In this document: positions 1 through 13,347 of the stretch, piece after piece
Numbering within the stretch: the first letter of the stretch is position 1
Layout: each line of letters starts with the position of its first letter
Origin: the human T2T-CHM13v2.0 reference genome, Homo sapiens
NCBI RefSeq assembly: GCF_009914755.1
Contig: NC_060948.1
Direction: 5' to 3' (one strand)
DNA length: 64,000 nucleotides
Translations under genes and position numbers: made by a program
Notes under the pieces: model-generated
What the model was told of the DNA's origin: nothing
Databases searched by the model: none
Seen by the model: only the letters and a program-made list of their open reading frames with translations

Positions 1-297
1 GCCAGAAGGGAGATGGAGTGGAAAGGTGGTTTTGATTTGGAATGAGGCAGCTCAGCACTGTCCTCCCACAGCCCCGCAGAACTCTGTGTTCTTCTGCAGT
101 GGATGGCCCACCACCTCAGTCTTTGTGCTCTCCTTTCTCTGGTGTCCCCTCAAGGTCCAGTTGCTGTGTCTTGCTCTGCTGATGGTTCCTCTCAATGTCC
201 AGCTGCTGTGTCTCTGCCTACTAGCATCTCAGGGTTTCTGATAGCACAGGATGGGGGTAAGTCAGGCCAGGTTGTTCTTGGAAAATGCAATGCTAAG

Positions 298-334
<37 letters not shown>

Positions 335-478
335 AGAACCGCATGTCCTCACCAATTTGGGCAGGAAAACAGAAGTGCGTGTCCTCACCTAGGTCAGTGA
401 GCACAGGCCTGAGTATGGAGGCCTAGCTAAGAGCCACACCTTCCTCTACCGGGCACTTTCCTGCCCCCATTCCATATC
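1..478 (-). mobile_element. ERV1 LTR of the MER52/LTR27-28 group (cut by the window edge)
   Basis: Matches the reverse complement of the remembered MER52/LTR28-type 5' end (...gcacaggatggggg...cttggaaaatgcaa...tgtcctcacctaggtc...cacttccctgcccc...tatc). Subfamily is not resolved. Confidence 0.6.
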
Positions 479-548
479 TATATATCTATATCTATATCTA
501 TATCTATATCTATATCTATATCTATCTATCTATATATATATATATATT
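472..548. repeat. (TATATC)n/(TA)n microsatellite
   Basis: Directly visible tandem repeat growing out of the LTR terminus. Confidence 0.95.
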
Positions 549-1734
549 TAATTTAAAACCAAAAATAGTATCAAAATCCTTTTGAGAAGACCACTGGAGA
601 AAAAGGCATTAGAAGAGTCAGCCTAGGATTAGGGTCACTACACAGAAAATTGAATCACAGAGTATGTCCTGCAGGCCATGGAATCACTGCAGAAACATAT
701 CCCCTACTGAGAAGGAGAGGGAAACAAACTATATTCTCTCATCTTTTTGTTCTCTAATCTCTGCAGTGGCACTCCTTGACTGAGCTGAAACAGGAAGTAA
801 TTTTTATAGGAGACTAGGAACCATATCTCCCAAGGGCCATGCCTCTCTATTACAGAACAGTGCCAGAGAGAGGTGACTGATGTATCTCTGGGCATACAAA
901 CCCAGGACCTCACACAAAGGACTATCAGAGACAATTATAGTATCAAGGGATCAAGAGAGAAGTAGTCTGAGAAACGACTCATGCGTGATATTTGTGAAAA
1001 GACCAAAACATAAAACAGAGCTTATGAGGTAGTAAACATAACAAGAACTTACAGAAAAGCAGGCAAAATTGTAAAGTCCAGGCTATTTACCTTTCCTTTA
1101 TAGGATTTTGAAATCCTCTTCCAGAATCCTTTTCCCAATAACTTCCATTCATGGATTCATTCATGAAATATTTATTGAGCTAGTATGGTCTAAGAATTGG
1201 GCCAAATGCATCATATGCTCTGTTAGAACTTCTGTCATTGATAGAAAGAATGTTTCTTTTTTTCTACCATGTTTTTCTCCAAACATTCTTGCAAATTCAT
1301 ATCCTTACAGATGTGGTAAATTGTTCTTGCCCTAAGAAGGTTCCCCAAACCCCTGTAAACCCAGTTAAGAATTTCCTTCCTCTCCAACTAAGTTACTAAA
1401 TTGCATATATTGTAACACTTGTCAGAGTACATTGCAATTATTGCTCTTCTCTTCATCCTCCAATTAAACTATGAATATTTTGAAAGAAAAGCCTATAAAC
1501 ACAATGGCTTGACATTTGTCAATATTTATTGCACAAAAGTTATTAGATATTTACATATAATATTCTAATGTATTTGTCCTAATTTTTGGAAAACAATATA
1601 AACAATGTTCACTGACTGTTCCCAATGAACTGCTCAACTTTAAACAATGTCTATGCATTTAGAGCAGTCATACACACTTCCAAAAAATGCCTGAAAGTGT
1701 TTTTATTTTAATTTAATATGTTTTTTATATTGAA

Positions 1735-2000
1735 TTATTTTGTAGAGGCAAAGTGTTGCCACGTGGCTCAGGCTGAAATGCAGGGTGCAATCACAGCTAA
1801 CTTCAACCTTGAACTCCTGAGTAAACAGTACAATAGATGTGTGACATCATGCTCAATTTAATTAATTAAATAATTAATTTCATTTTAGAGATAGCTGTTA
1901 CTATGTTTCCTGTTCTGGTGTCAAAATCTGGGTTTGAAGCTGTCCTCCCTACTCAGTTTCCTGAAGGGCTGAAATTCCAGACATGAATGACCAGACCTCA
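1735..2000 (-). mobile_element. Heavily decayed Alu (AluJ-like)
   Basis: Antisense Alu motifs (tgttgccacgtggctcaggctgaaatgcag...aaccttgaactcctgag...ctcagtttcctgaagggctgaaattccagacatga). Confidence 0.75.
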
Positions 2001-4152
2001 AAGAGGAAATTTTAGATTTTAGAATATTGTAATATGTTAGACTTAATTTCTTCTTTCAATTTTGCATTTGCAGTGGCACTTGAGAATAATTATTTCTTAT
2101 GTTGAGAGTGTGATTTCTCATACTTGGCCAACAAATTTTGAAATACTTATTCTGTTTACTTAAGCCCTAATAAATCGTAGTCAACTCAGCTAAGAATAGA
2201 GTACATAGATGTTTTTGTGTTGGGGCCGGAAAACAAATGTAGAGAGATATTAAGAACCAAAGACTTTTTTATGTATATCCTAAAGCTTTATGCTTGCAAG
2301 TGACATATCATACATGGAATGGATAGTTTTATACAATACCCTGAAATACATACTACAGTAACCAATTTAGCACTTGCAATTTCCCAACTTTGTTTTCATC
2401 AGAAGTTAATGATGTATGGCACTTCTAGTAAGTAAATGAATGTTTGAGTTGCTGTGAGTTATTTTAGTCATTGCTCAGCTAATCATTTATCAAAGATCTT
2501 TACATGTGCAATATCATAAATGATGGACATTAAAAATTAACAGGATTTATCTAACGAAAAGCTGCTATCTAATGTGGTATTTTTCAGTAAGATGACAGCA
2601 GTAATTATCCCAAAAAATAGTTATTCCAGTAGTTTGAGCCATTTTAACAATTTCCAACCAAAGATTACACAGTCAGTTTCCAGATCTTGGCAACAGTAAT
2701 TAACGTAATGGCTATTAATGAGAAGAGATTTTGATACATCCAACTGTCTTTGGATGTCAGTGCCTTGAAGGGATGAGTTTGGCATATTAATAAGAAAAGG
2801 TGCATTGCACTGGATACTAAGAAATGTACTGCATTGTTTTTCTTATCTTCTATAAAAATGAAAGGTCAATTGGAGATACAGAAACAATGGAACATTCCAC
2901 CACACGGCCTGACATTTCATTATACTTTGATTTTTTTAAACATGTACAAAGGTCATTAAATATGCAAAGGTAGGACTGTTATAGGATGAAAGTGTTGGAG
3001 TCAGAGGTCACAATCCACAGCAAAGTGATAATCTTTTGTGGGTGGCTCCCTGAGCGCTGAATTAGAGTGAGAATCAACTTTCAGGCTGCTAACAGAGTAC
3101 AAGGAGAATGAAGCTATCAACAGTTGACCTTATTGGATTAATTGAAATGAATGTTGACAGAGAGTGTGTTGGCTTTATATGAAATTGAGTATAGTACTTC
3201 AAATTGAGAATTTGATGAGGGTAAACTCTTACCAAATTTCCTATATGTAAAATTGAGAATTAAAAGATTACACAAACCATATATTATGGGCATCTCATAT
3301 AAATTTATATACACATGTGCAAACTTGCAGCGTACAAATATTTGTCTATATCTAAATATATCCAAATCCATTGAAGAACAGTTAGAAATTTAGAAATTAT
3401 TCTCCTGTTTTACCACTCCCCTTCCTAGAATTTTGTCACAAATATAATTTTTCCATCTGTTTGAAGCCTACTGTCTGGAGGCAGGTAATGTATGGATACA
3501 GTAAAGCCATGAAATATCACAGGGTTTGTATCAGAGAAAATAATAACACTGGTGTTATAAAAGATCCACTATGAGGAGAAATTTATACTTCACAAGACTA
3601 CAAATACGAAGTATTATTTCATTGAAAGATGGTATCAGTCAATACAATTTGTTTTTAATGTTTTATTTAAAATCCTTAATCTCAAAAGGACAATGATATT
3701 GCTAAAAAATAATGATTCAGAATTTCCTTTAATTTATTGATTATTTAAAATGTAAGTGAAATACTAAAAAGTATTATATAATGTAGTTTCATGAAGCATT
3801 TTCTATGATTTTGTAAAATTAATAGCTGCAATGGAATTTTTTGACACAGATAAATTTCTTTATATTATTTTATTGCTTATTATTGTACTTTCACTTTATT
3901 ACTTGCTTGCATGTCATAACTGATAGAAATAAAAATATTTTTAGTTACACATATAGAAAGCATGGATTTTTGTTTATGTTTTCTAATTTAGAGAAAGTCA
4001 CCAATAATTTTATCTATATAGGAAAATTCTGAAAAGCCCCACGTTCTTAACTTTATTGTCTTTTGAAGTTTCATATTTCAGTCTAGGTATGAGATCAAAT
4101 TGACTGTGATTATTTTTTGATTTCACTATGACTACTGAGTTTCTGATATAGT

Positions 4153-4155
<3 letters not shown>

Positions 4156-4186
<31 letters not shown>
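4156..4186. repeat. (TA)n microsatellite
   Basis: Directly visible. Confidence 0.95.
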
Positions 4187-4189
<3 letters not shown>

Positions 4190-4619
4190 TGACAACCTCC
4201 TTAACCAGGATGGACTCCACATCCTCAGCATACGATGTTGGCTGAAAGTGTTACTCCTGGTGCCCCAGCCACTGTTTCAAGGTGCAGAGAATGACCAGCA
4301 GACACCTGAGTCCTTGTCCTCCTGTCCAAGTAATATACATAGAATTAGTAAAAGAGTGGTACATTAGACCTCATGACATTTTTAAGGCTGACCTCTTTAT
4401 GAGCATTTCATCCAGATACTTATGAGTTTATCTCATTTATTTTATTTATTTATAGCTCTCATTTCAAAATAAATTTTTGCTTGAGAGATATTTCAACATA
4501 TAACCAAATGTTTGGAGCTATGACATACAGGTTTCAAGCTTGAAAGTCTGTATCTGCTATTATGTGGGGTAAAAGCTATCCATCACTTATAAAAATAAGT
4601 AATTTTTAGTCATGGCCAA

Positions 4620-5150
4620 TGTAGTGGTCTAAAACACACTTTGAAATTCTTTGCAAACCCATTTGAAAATATTCCTGATGCGACTGAACACAGTACTTGC
4701 TTCTAAGGAACAGAAAACAGGGCAAGCATTTTCTGGATACTGGGCCACCTCTGGCCTAAGTTAGAAAATGTGACACAGCTCTGCCTAAGTCTCTTGATCC
4801 CATGGGGACAAACCCCTCAGGAGCCCCAGACCAATATATCACAAAGTCTAACACCCTGATAACACTATGCAGAAAGAACAACCCATGGAGAGAATCATAA
4901 AACTAAAAGGAGATGCCTGAGGATCTCAGCAGTCCAGCCCTTACTATTTGAGTCATGCTAGCCATGACACCAGGGAGATGAGAAGACACCTGACAGTGTC
5001 CACATCCTGAGTCATGAAGAGATTGCACCCTCCTGAGTGTCCCTGAACCACAATCATTTGGCTGATAGACTGTGGAAGCTTGCAGACTGAGAGTAAACTA
5101 TAATTATTGTTTTAAGTCACTAGGTTTTAGATAATTTTGAAAGGCAGTTT
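4620..5150 (+). mobile_element. Old MaLR LTR (MLT1-type)
   Basis: Starts tgtagtgg and ends with the MLT1-like ttgttttaagtcactaggttttagataatttt. Boundaries are approximate. Confidence 0.5.
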
Positions 5151-5304
5151 AGACTCCTAGAAAACCTGAGTTGTGTACTGATTTGAGTAATTGTGGAGAA
5201 CTTTAAAGGTGAACGTCACTAGTGCTAATACCCTGGAAAAAATCAAACCATCAAGACTCTTCTGAAGACAATATTGCTTATCAACTGAGCTTTAAAACAG
5301 GTAT

Positions 5305-5960
5305 GAGGCAGGTCACAGAGGCTCAACCTGCACTCCCAGCAGTTTGGCAGGCCAAGGTGGGTGGATCTCTTGATGTCAGGAGTCTGTGATAAGCCTTGTC
5401 AACATGGCATGAATCCAAGTCTAATATCATACAAAGGCTAGCTGGGCATGGTGGCCCATGAATGTAACTACAGCTACTCAGGAGGCTGATGCAGGACAAT
5501 CCACTGAAACCCAGGCATGGAGTTTGCAAAGAAGTGAGATCACAGCACTGCAGTCCAACCTGGCAACAGATTGAGACTCTGTCTCAGAAATAAAAATAAA
5601 ATAATAAAATAGGAGAGATCACTGAAGAGATAAATGCATAAAACTGAGTAGGTATTGTGACTGATGCCTGACATCGCAGCACTTTGAGAGGCTGAGGTGG
5701 GTGGATCACATGAGGAAAGGAATTCAAGACCAGCCTGAGTAAACATTGTGAAACCAGGTCTCTACTAAAAGTACAAAAAAAAAAAAAGAAAAATAGACAA
5801 GATTAGTGTCGTATGCCTGCAGTCACAGCTACTCGGGAGGGTGTGACTGGAGAATTGCTTGGACCCAGGATGGGGAGGTTGCAGTAAGCACAGATAATGC
5901 CACTGCACTCCACCCTAGGTGACAGCGCAGGATTCCATCTAAAAACAAAAATCAAAGAGA
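5305..5960 (+). mobile_element. Two tandem decayed Alus (about 5305-5605 and 5645-5960)
   Basis: Two dimeric Alu bodies with middle A-rich linkers and A tails. Confidence 0.85.
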
Positions 5961-5964
5961 GACA

Positions 5965-6007
5965 CAGGGAGAAAGAAAGAAAGGAAAAAAGAAAGAAAGA
6001 GAGAGAG

Positions 6008-6082
<75 letters not shown>

Positions 6083-6190
6083 AAAAGAGAAAGAGAGAGG
6101 GAGGGAGGAGGGAGGGAGGAAGTAAAGAAGGTAAGAAGGAAGGATGGAAGTAAGGAAGGAAAGAAGGAAGGAAGGAACGAAGGAGAGAAT
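5965..6190 (+). repeat. (GAAA)n of about 19 perfect units (6009-6084) plus a GA/GGAA-rich tract derived from the Alu tail
   Basis: Directly visible. Confidence 0.95.
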
Positions 6191-8714
6191 GAAAGGCATA
6201 AAACCAAAGGGAAATGAATAAAAATAAAAACTTGCCATTTGCTCATTATCCACATGGTTTTTGAATTATGTTTAAAATAATATTAAGGTCTCCAGTGGAC
6301 TCACAGAAACTTTAAAATAAGCTAGTGTATATTGTCAAAATTACTCATGTAACTATGGTGTTAACTAAGATACTTGCAGTTTTCAACAACCAAATCTAAG
6401 TGACATTTGTCTTCAAATTGCATGCTACTAGGGGCAGGGTAGTCTGTGTTATGCTGCCTAATCCACATTGAATTAAAAATGAATTCAAATATGGAAAACA
6501 TTTTACACTTACTATTACCAGTAAAGACTGTTGTGTTTCCTGATGTTTTGAGGATTTTATTGCCACAATTTTTATGGATCTGGCAGAAAGCCTTCCTCAT
6601 CCAAATTCACCCCTTATCATCACAGTAAAAGTGTATTCAGGAATTAAGAGGAAAGAGCATCCAGTCCCTCTGCTTTCCTGCATTGGTTCCCATGCACAAG
6701 CAAATGTGCTGTGTCAGTGGCTATCGAATATACATATTTTTGATCAATGAAATTTATGTTTCCAAATGGTAAAACAAAAAATATTATTATCAGTTGTATT
6801 TTTATCATTTATTTACTGAGAGGTGGAGCCTTGCTTTGTCACCAGGCTGAATCATACATTACTGTAATCTCAGACTTTTGGGCTCCTAGGATCTCTAACA
6901 TCACCCTCACAAAGTACTGAAATTACAGACTTGAGCCACTGTACCCAGCCTAAAGTTTAGAGAGAAAGGCTAATGAATATATTGTACACCATATAAATAA
7001 ACATAATTGCAGGTTTTCTAGAGGGCTGTAAGAAACCACTGAAAAGCTGCCATTGTGTAAGGCTGCTGGCAGCAATGTAATGCAGGCAAAGGAGTGGGTC
7101 CTTCCCCACTGAGCCTTCAGAAAATACCAGAGGCCTGCTTGGCATTTCCATTGCTGCTTTTTGAGAGAACATGAAGCATATTTGTGTATGTTTTGTGTGT
7201 GTGTGTATGTGTCAGTGTGTGTGTAAGCATACATACATAACCAGTTAAACAAACTGGGCTCACCCACACAATGGAATATGATGCAGCTTTTTGTAGATAT
7301 GGTAGAATTCATCCCAAATTTATCAATTCCTGGGCTTCTTTTTTTTTGGCTGGTAGGTTATTTATTAGTAATGACTCCATTTCAAAAATTGAAATTGAAT
7401 AGGCTGGAGCTGACACTGGATCCACTTTGATTCTGCTGTGGAACAGAGAATGGGATGACTGTAATTTTGGCTGTGATGCTTACTGGAAGGTTTCTGCATA
7501 GATATGCTAGCTTTCTGCCAGCAGCAGGAGGGCCTGAGGCTGAAAATCAGCTCCCTTGACACCTTTCATATTGCCCAGAAATTTTCTCAAGGATTACATA
7601 GTTCCCTGACTAAGGGAAAGGCCAGGGCTGAGAGTGTCTCCTCCCTATAGGGGACATAGGCTAGAGAGTCTAGGTCCATTTTCTGCTGGACAGAGCCTGG
7701 ATAGACTACATTTATTGGCTCAGACTGGCAAGTTCCCCAGCATGGTAGTTGCTTCCGAGCCACAGTGGGAGGGTCTGGAGCTGAGACTGGGATTCTCTGT
7801 TACTCAATAAAATCATGTGCTCTAGAGATTCTAATGCCCAAGTTATTTCCATTAGATTTATCAGAAGTGAAGTTCCTTCCAGGGATACCAAGGCTTATTA
7901 TAAAACTACTTGCCTGCTGGGTCCAGGTAGGGCCAGAAACTTCATCCTTAACCACTAAATTGCCTCCGATTTTCAGCCTGGGGATGGATGGAGCACACAG
8001 GGCTAGGATGGTCAAAAGTATGGCTGCTGCAATGGGGTGGGGTCACATGCCCCTTCTGTGGATAATCACCAAGCTGCCACTTTGTCACAGCATTGGCTGT
8101 TTTGCAGAAAAAAACCAGGATGGGATTTGGCAGTTGGCCAATGATTTGAGCCTGGCAGACCCATCAACCACGGCTGGTTGTTGCAGAATGATGTTGTTGC
8201 CTAGTTTCTCTGAAACAGCACCTCTCTGGCTGGAATGCAAAGCCAACAGTAAGATTACTGTATGGTCAGTGTGAGCCCCATCCATGTAGTTATTTTCTAA
8301 CTGACCCCAGTTGTCTGATACCTCCAATGTTTCCTACCGGGTAAGGCTAGAGAGAACATCATGTGAAAAATTGCAAAATAGAAAAGAAAAAGTTGAATGT
8401 ACGCTTTCAACTCTCTCCTCTCTGAAGAAACTGCGAGGCTGGGAAAAAAATTTTGTATGCAACACTTTGCTGGCTTGGGGAGGAAAAAAAACATCAAATT
8501 AAAACTGATATTTTATCCTGCATGTGGCTATTTTCAGTTCTACAATCAAAAAAGTTGTCATAGATTAAATCCCAAGTTATAGAATCATTCACTAAGATGT
8601 CTTTGTCTAAGGAAAGTTGTGAGTTTTGATTTTTTGTGGAGAGGGTGGGAATTAACAGAATTACAGAATGCCTATTATGTCACATCAGACCCTAGAAACA
8701 GGCAAGTTAAAAGA

Positions 8715-9000
8715 CTGGTCCAGGATCACACCTGTAACCCAAGCACTTTGGGAGGCCAAGGCAGGCATATCACTAAGTCAGGAGGTTGAGACCATCCTGG
8801 CTAACACAGTGAAATCCTTTCTCTACTAAACATAAAAAACAAAATACCCTGGTATGGTAGCACGTGCCTGTAGTCCTAGCTACTTGGAAGGTTGAGGCAG
8901 GAGTATCTCTTGAACACGGGAGATGTAGGCTGAAGTGAGCTGAGATCACACCACTGCACTTCAACCTCAGTGACAGAGTAAGACTTGATATTAAAAAAAA
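8715..9000 (+). mobile_element. Alu (AluS/Y-like, decayed)
   Basis: cacacctgtaacccaagcactttgggaggccaagg...gagaccatcctggctaacacagtgaaa...A tail. Confidence 0.9.
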
Positions 9001-9199
9001 ACTGGTTATAAGGGAGGAGTTTAAAAGGTTGGGGTGCTTCCGTGGAGAAGCTGAAAGCTAGAGCAAACCAAGGGTTGCGTTTAAGGAAGAGCTCACAGGA
9101 CCATTGAAAACCACCTCTTTGTCCTGTACGGAATGCAGGGAATAGTGAATGTGGAGCTCCACTGCTTACTGATATGTGCAAGTTATCAGCCAGAGATAC

Positions 9200-9630
9200 A
9201 CATCTTAGTCTGTTTGTGTTCCTATAAAAGAATATGAGACTGGAAAAATTATAAAGAAAAGAGCTTTCATTGGCTGCTGGTTCTGCATGCTGTAAAAGAT
9301 GTGTGGTGCCAGCATCCACATCTGGTAAGAGCCCCACAAGGCTTCCACTCAGGACAGAAGGTAAAAGGAAAACAGGCATGTCACATGTGGAGAGAGCAAG
9401 ACAGAGATGGAGAGAAGGTCTCAGGCTCTTTTCAACAACCAATTTGGATGTAAGCTCCATTGTGGGAAGTAATACACTGGAAAAGTCACTTATTTATCAT
9501 GGCAAAGGTGCCAAGCCATTTATGAGAGATGCAGCCCCATGACAGGAACACCTCCGACTAGATGCCATTTGCAGTGTGAAGACTACATTTCATTCTGAGG
9601 CTTGGAGTCACAAATGTCCAAAATATATCA
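9200..9630 (-). mobile_element. MST-type MaLR solo LTR
   Basis: tcttagtctgtttgtgttcctataaaagaatatgagactgg...caaatgtccaaaatatatca, the MST LTR in antisense. Confidence 0.75.
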
Positions 9631-9961
9631 ATAGGCAAGTTTAAAAATCATGCAAAACTGCTGTAACACAATCCTTTTTCTTCTTTAGAATCCTGAGACT
9701 ATAAAAAGCTGTGCTTCATTAGCTTTCAGGGATTGGCAAGTCAGTATTCAAACTCGTAGGGAGCCACCTGATAAGTCAGGGCAATAGTTGGGTAGTTTGA
9801 CTTCTTCAAGGGAAAATTTAGAAGCTCAGTATATTGCTAGAGTGAGTAATGATGAAGACAGATGAGAAATGCCTATATGCCTAGTCTCAGAGGACCTTGA
9901 CAGATCAAAAAGTCAGAATCAGAAGCAAGATACCTGGGAAGAAGCTATAAAAATCAAGACA

Positions 9962-10265
9962 TGGCTGGGTGTGGTCATTCATGCCTGTAATCCCAACACT
10001 TTCAGAGGCCAAGGCAGGGGATCACCTGGTGTCAGGAGTTAGAGACCAGCCTGACCAACATGGTGAAATATTGTCTCTACTAAAAAATACAAAAATCAGC
10101 CTGGCATAGCGGTGGTTGCTGTAATCACAGCTACTTGGGAGGCTGAGGCAGGGGAATCACTTGAGCCCAGGAGGAAGAGTGCAGTGATCTGAGATCATGC
10201 CATTGCACTACTGCCTAGGTGACAGAGCAAGATTCTGTCTCAAAAGAATAAAGAAAGAAAAAAAA
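9962..10265 (+). mobile_element. AluS
   Basis: Full dimeric Alu with A-rich tail. Confidence 0.9.
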
Positions 10266-11064
10266 AGTCAAGGCATTAGGTGTACAATCTAAGTTCTTTG
10301 AATCACAAAGTGGGAGCTGAGCTTCCTTGACTGCTTGAGATCCAGTAAGCTAGGAGGAAACAGTTTCAGAAATGCTTGAGTATCTATTTAAATCCCTCTT
10401 TTATCTTGGAGGTCCTAGGAGAGTTATGAATGCCAATCTGTGTTAGAATCCAGAGATAGGTAAGTTAGGAATCATTTTATTGAGAAGCAGCTGTAACAGT
10501 TGGGGAATTACATTTGTGGCTTAACACTTCAGTCCTCTGAGAGAAGCTGTGAAATAACAGTTCCCTATTGATTTCAGACCACTGGGACAGACATAAACTC
10601 CAGAACAAGACCATGATTCAGTTTTTCTTACCTCTTTTTAAGAGAGTATTTTCATAATCCTATATGCAAGAGTATCTCAGCTAGTTTCTGGGTTTATCTC
10701 ATAGGGAATTGATGTCGGTGTGGCTTTTTATTTGTTGCTTTGTGAATGGAGGAACAAATTAGAGCCTATCTTATCAGTTTGTTGGAGATGCCCTTTTTAT
10801 TAATTTTTTACTTATTTTAAAATATTTGTACAAAACTGTTGTAGATACTTTTGGCATACATGCGATATTTTGATACAAGCACCATGTACTGGTAACGAAG
10901 GAACCAAAGAGGGGATTGGGGTGACTTAAATTATAGTTCTTTAGAAGGAATAAGATCTAGTGTTCAGTAGCACAGGATGAGTACACTTAATGATTTAATG
11001 TGTATCTCAAAAGAATTAAAAGAGCGAAGGTGGAATGTCACTCACACCAACAAATGGTATGCCA

Positions 11065-12170
11065 GACTCGGTGGCTCATGGCTATAATCACAACACTTTG
11101 GGAGGCCAAGGAAGGAGGATCATGTAAGCCTGGAAGTTTGAGACCAGCCTGTCCATACAACACACACACACAAACAAAAAAGCTGGGCACAGTGGCATTT
11201 GTCTGTAATTCCAGCTATTGGGAGGCTCAAATGGAAGGCTAACACATTTGAACCCAGGAGTTCAAGGCCGCAGTGAGCTACAATGTTATCACTGCAATCC
11301 GGGATGGACAACAGAGTGAGAACCTGTGTCTAAAAAAGAAAAAATAAATGATAAGTGCTTGAACTGAAGGAAACCATAATTATTATTTATATTTTTGTTG
11401 ATTTATGTAATTGTTTTTGTGTTGGAGTCTCACTCTGTCACCCAGGCTATAGTGCATGGTGCAATATAGGCTCACTGCAGCCTCAGGCTCCCAGGTTCAA
11501 AAGATTCTCCTGCCTGAGCCTCACAATTAACTGTAATATACTATGGGTTTGGGCCACCACACCCGGCTAATTTTTGTATTTTTGGTAGAAATGGGGGGTT
11601 TCATGGTGTTGGCCAGCCTGGTCTTGAACTCCTGACCTAAAGTGATCTACAAGCCTTGGCCTCCCAAAGAGCTGGAATTGAAGACTTGAGCCATCATGCC
11701 TGGACAGTAAGATACACAAGAGTACAGAGTTTTGTGTTTTCACTTCATCCTCACAATCCTACATTATAGGTGAATGAAAACACAACTTCATAACATGAAT
11801 AACTCACTTTTAAATCAAAGTTGGTAATTTCTCTCTTTAAAATTATTTGCACCTTTACCTAATAAAAATTGAGATCTTGTCCAAATTTTACCAATTTACA
11901 TGCTCATGCCTGTAATCTTAGCACTTTGGGAGTCCAAGAAGGGTGGATCAGGATTTTCAGAACACCCAGGCAATCATAGTGAAACCATGTCTGTATTAAA
12001 AATACAAAAAAAAAATAGCCAGCTGTGGTGCACACATATCTAATCCAGTTACTCAGAATGCTGAGGCAGGAGAATAACTTGGACCCAGAAGCTGGAGGTA
12101 GCAGTAAGCCAAGATGGAGCACTGCACCCCAACTTGGGCAACAAAACTACACTCCATCTCAAAAAAACAA
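11065..12170. mobile_element. Alu cluster: + (11065-11345), - (11415-11705), + (11900-12170)
   Basis: Three decayed Alu bodies; the first two are inverted, tail to tail. Confidence 0.85.
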
Positions 12171-13026
12171 TTGATAAAGTCTCAACCATTCTAAATTATT
12201 TCTATTTGTAAGAACTTATTACTAAACCATTACTTACATCAAACATTGTCAAAACTTTCAAGAAAAAATTAATATGAGTACCTCCCCAGACAAAACACTT
12301 AGTTTCCACTATGTAAACTATGAACATTTAATTTCATTATGCTATGTACTTGAGAAACTTTGCTGGTTCACTTTTGTTTTATGTAAAAAAATAGTTTTCA
12401 TTACCATTATCCCTCTTCAGCCACAGAATGCTTCAAGTAGAATATTACAGATGTCTTAAACTTTGGTATCTAGCACATCTAATTATCTCTTTTGTCATGT
12501 ACTATTCCTCTAAAAAATAAACGTTTTATGGTGAGGGAGAGAGTTTTGGAGGCTTTCTCAAGACTTCTCAAATATTTTAAGCTTATATGTTTTTAGTGAG
12601 AAACAGCCTAATCAGAAAACTTGTGCAGCCTGCAAGGGAGACATATCACATGCCTAATTTTGTATATACTTATGTTCAAAGAAACAAAGGAAAATGTTCA
12701 ACAAACAATACAATTTACTCTCCTATTAAATTTGCTTTTGATCATGTGCAGCTATGCAATAACATCAGTCATTTTGCATTACATGTAAAATTTTATGCTG
12801 AAAATGTTAATGTAGATATTACATCTAAACACACAGTTTTCAAATAGCATTAACAAGTATGATATTACTCTGAAAAAAGTTCCTTTTTCTTTGAATACCT
12901 CAGAAAATTCACAAAATCAACATGTTTCTTTCAGTAATGTGCATGTAACAATGCAGAAATAACATTTCAAGTTTCGATTTGCAAACAAGATTTGGTATGC
13001 AGTAACTATTATTTTGAATACTTGCT

Positions 13027-13328
13027 TTAAAATCCGCTTTAGTCGCCTTTTTCAGATTGACTTTCCCCACCATCTCCTGTAGATGGCACATAACTTGAAC
13101 TACCATATGCTTCAAGAGGAGCAGAGTGCACCCTATCCAGAGAAGGTGGATTCCTTTGGTCTTTTCTGCCAATGTTCTCATGACCACAAGAATAAAAATC
13201 GCCATAGCTCCTTGAGCAACTTTCCTGACTTCTGCCGTATCTATCTCATGTATTGTTATAATCATGGCAGCTGCTTCCACCATAAGACATCCAAGGCCCT
13301 CGCTCAGGTGGTGCACCATGAGAGGTCC
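13027..13328 (-). pseudogene. RBMY: RBMY-family pseudogene: isolated terminal coding exon
   Basis: Acceptor ttattttatcaaccctgcAG, then [97 protein letters not shown], which closely matches the remembered RBMY1 C-terminus ([19 protein letters not shown]...[10 protein letters not shown]...GGESRSEKGDSSRY). Two premature stops, no frameshift, upstream exons absent. Confidence 0.92.
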
Positions 13329-13347
13329 CTGCAGGGTTGATAAAATA

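Noticed and set aside
5803-6255. Overlapping ORFs rich in F/L/S or K/E/R
   Set aside because: Translations of the (GAAA)n tract and Alu.
7765-8274. 169-aa ORF
   Set aside because: Lies in what looks like decayed antisense L1M 5' region; no recognisable protein motif or splice context.
8876-9460. 194-aa ORF
   Set aside because: Spans an MST LTR and an Alu.
12909-13319. 136-aa minus-strand ORF
   Set aside because: Alternative frame over the RBMY pseudo-exon; the homologous frame is a different one and contains stops.
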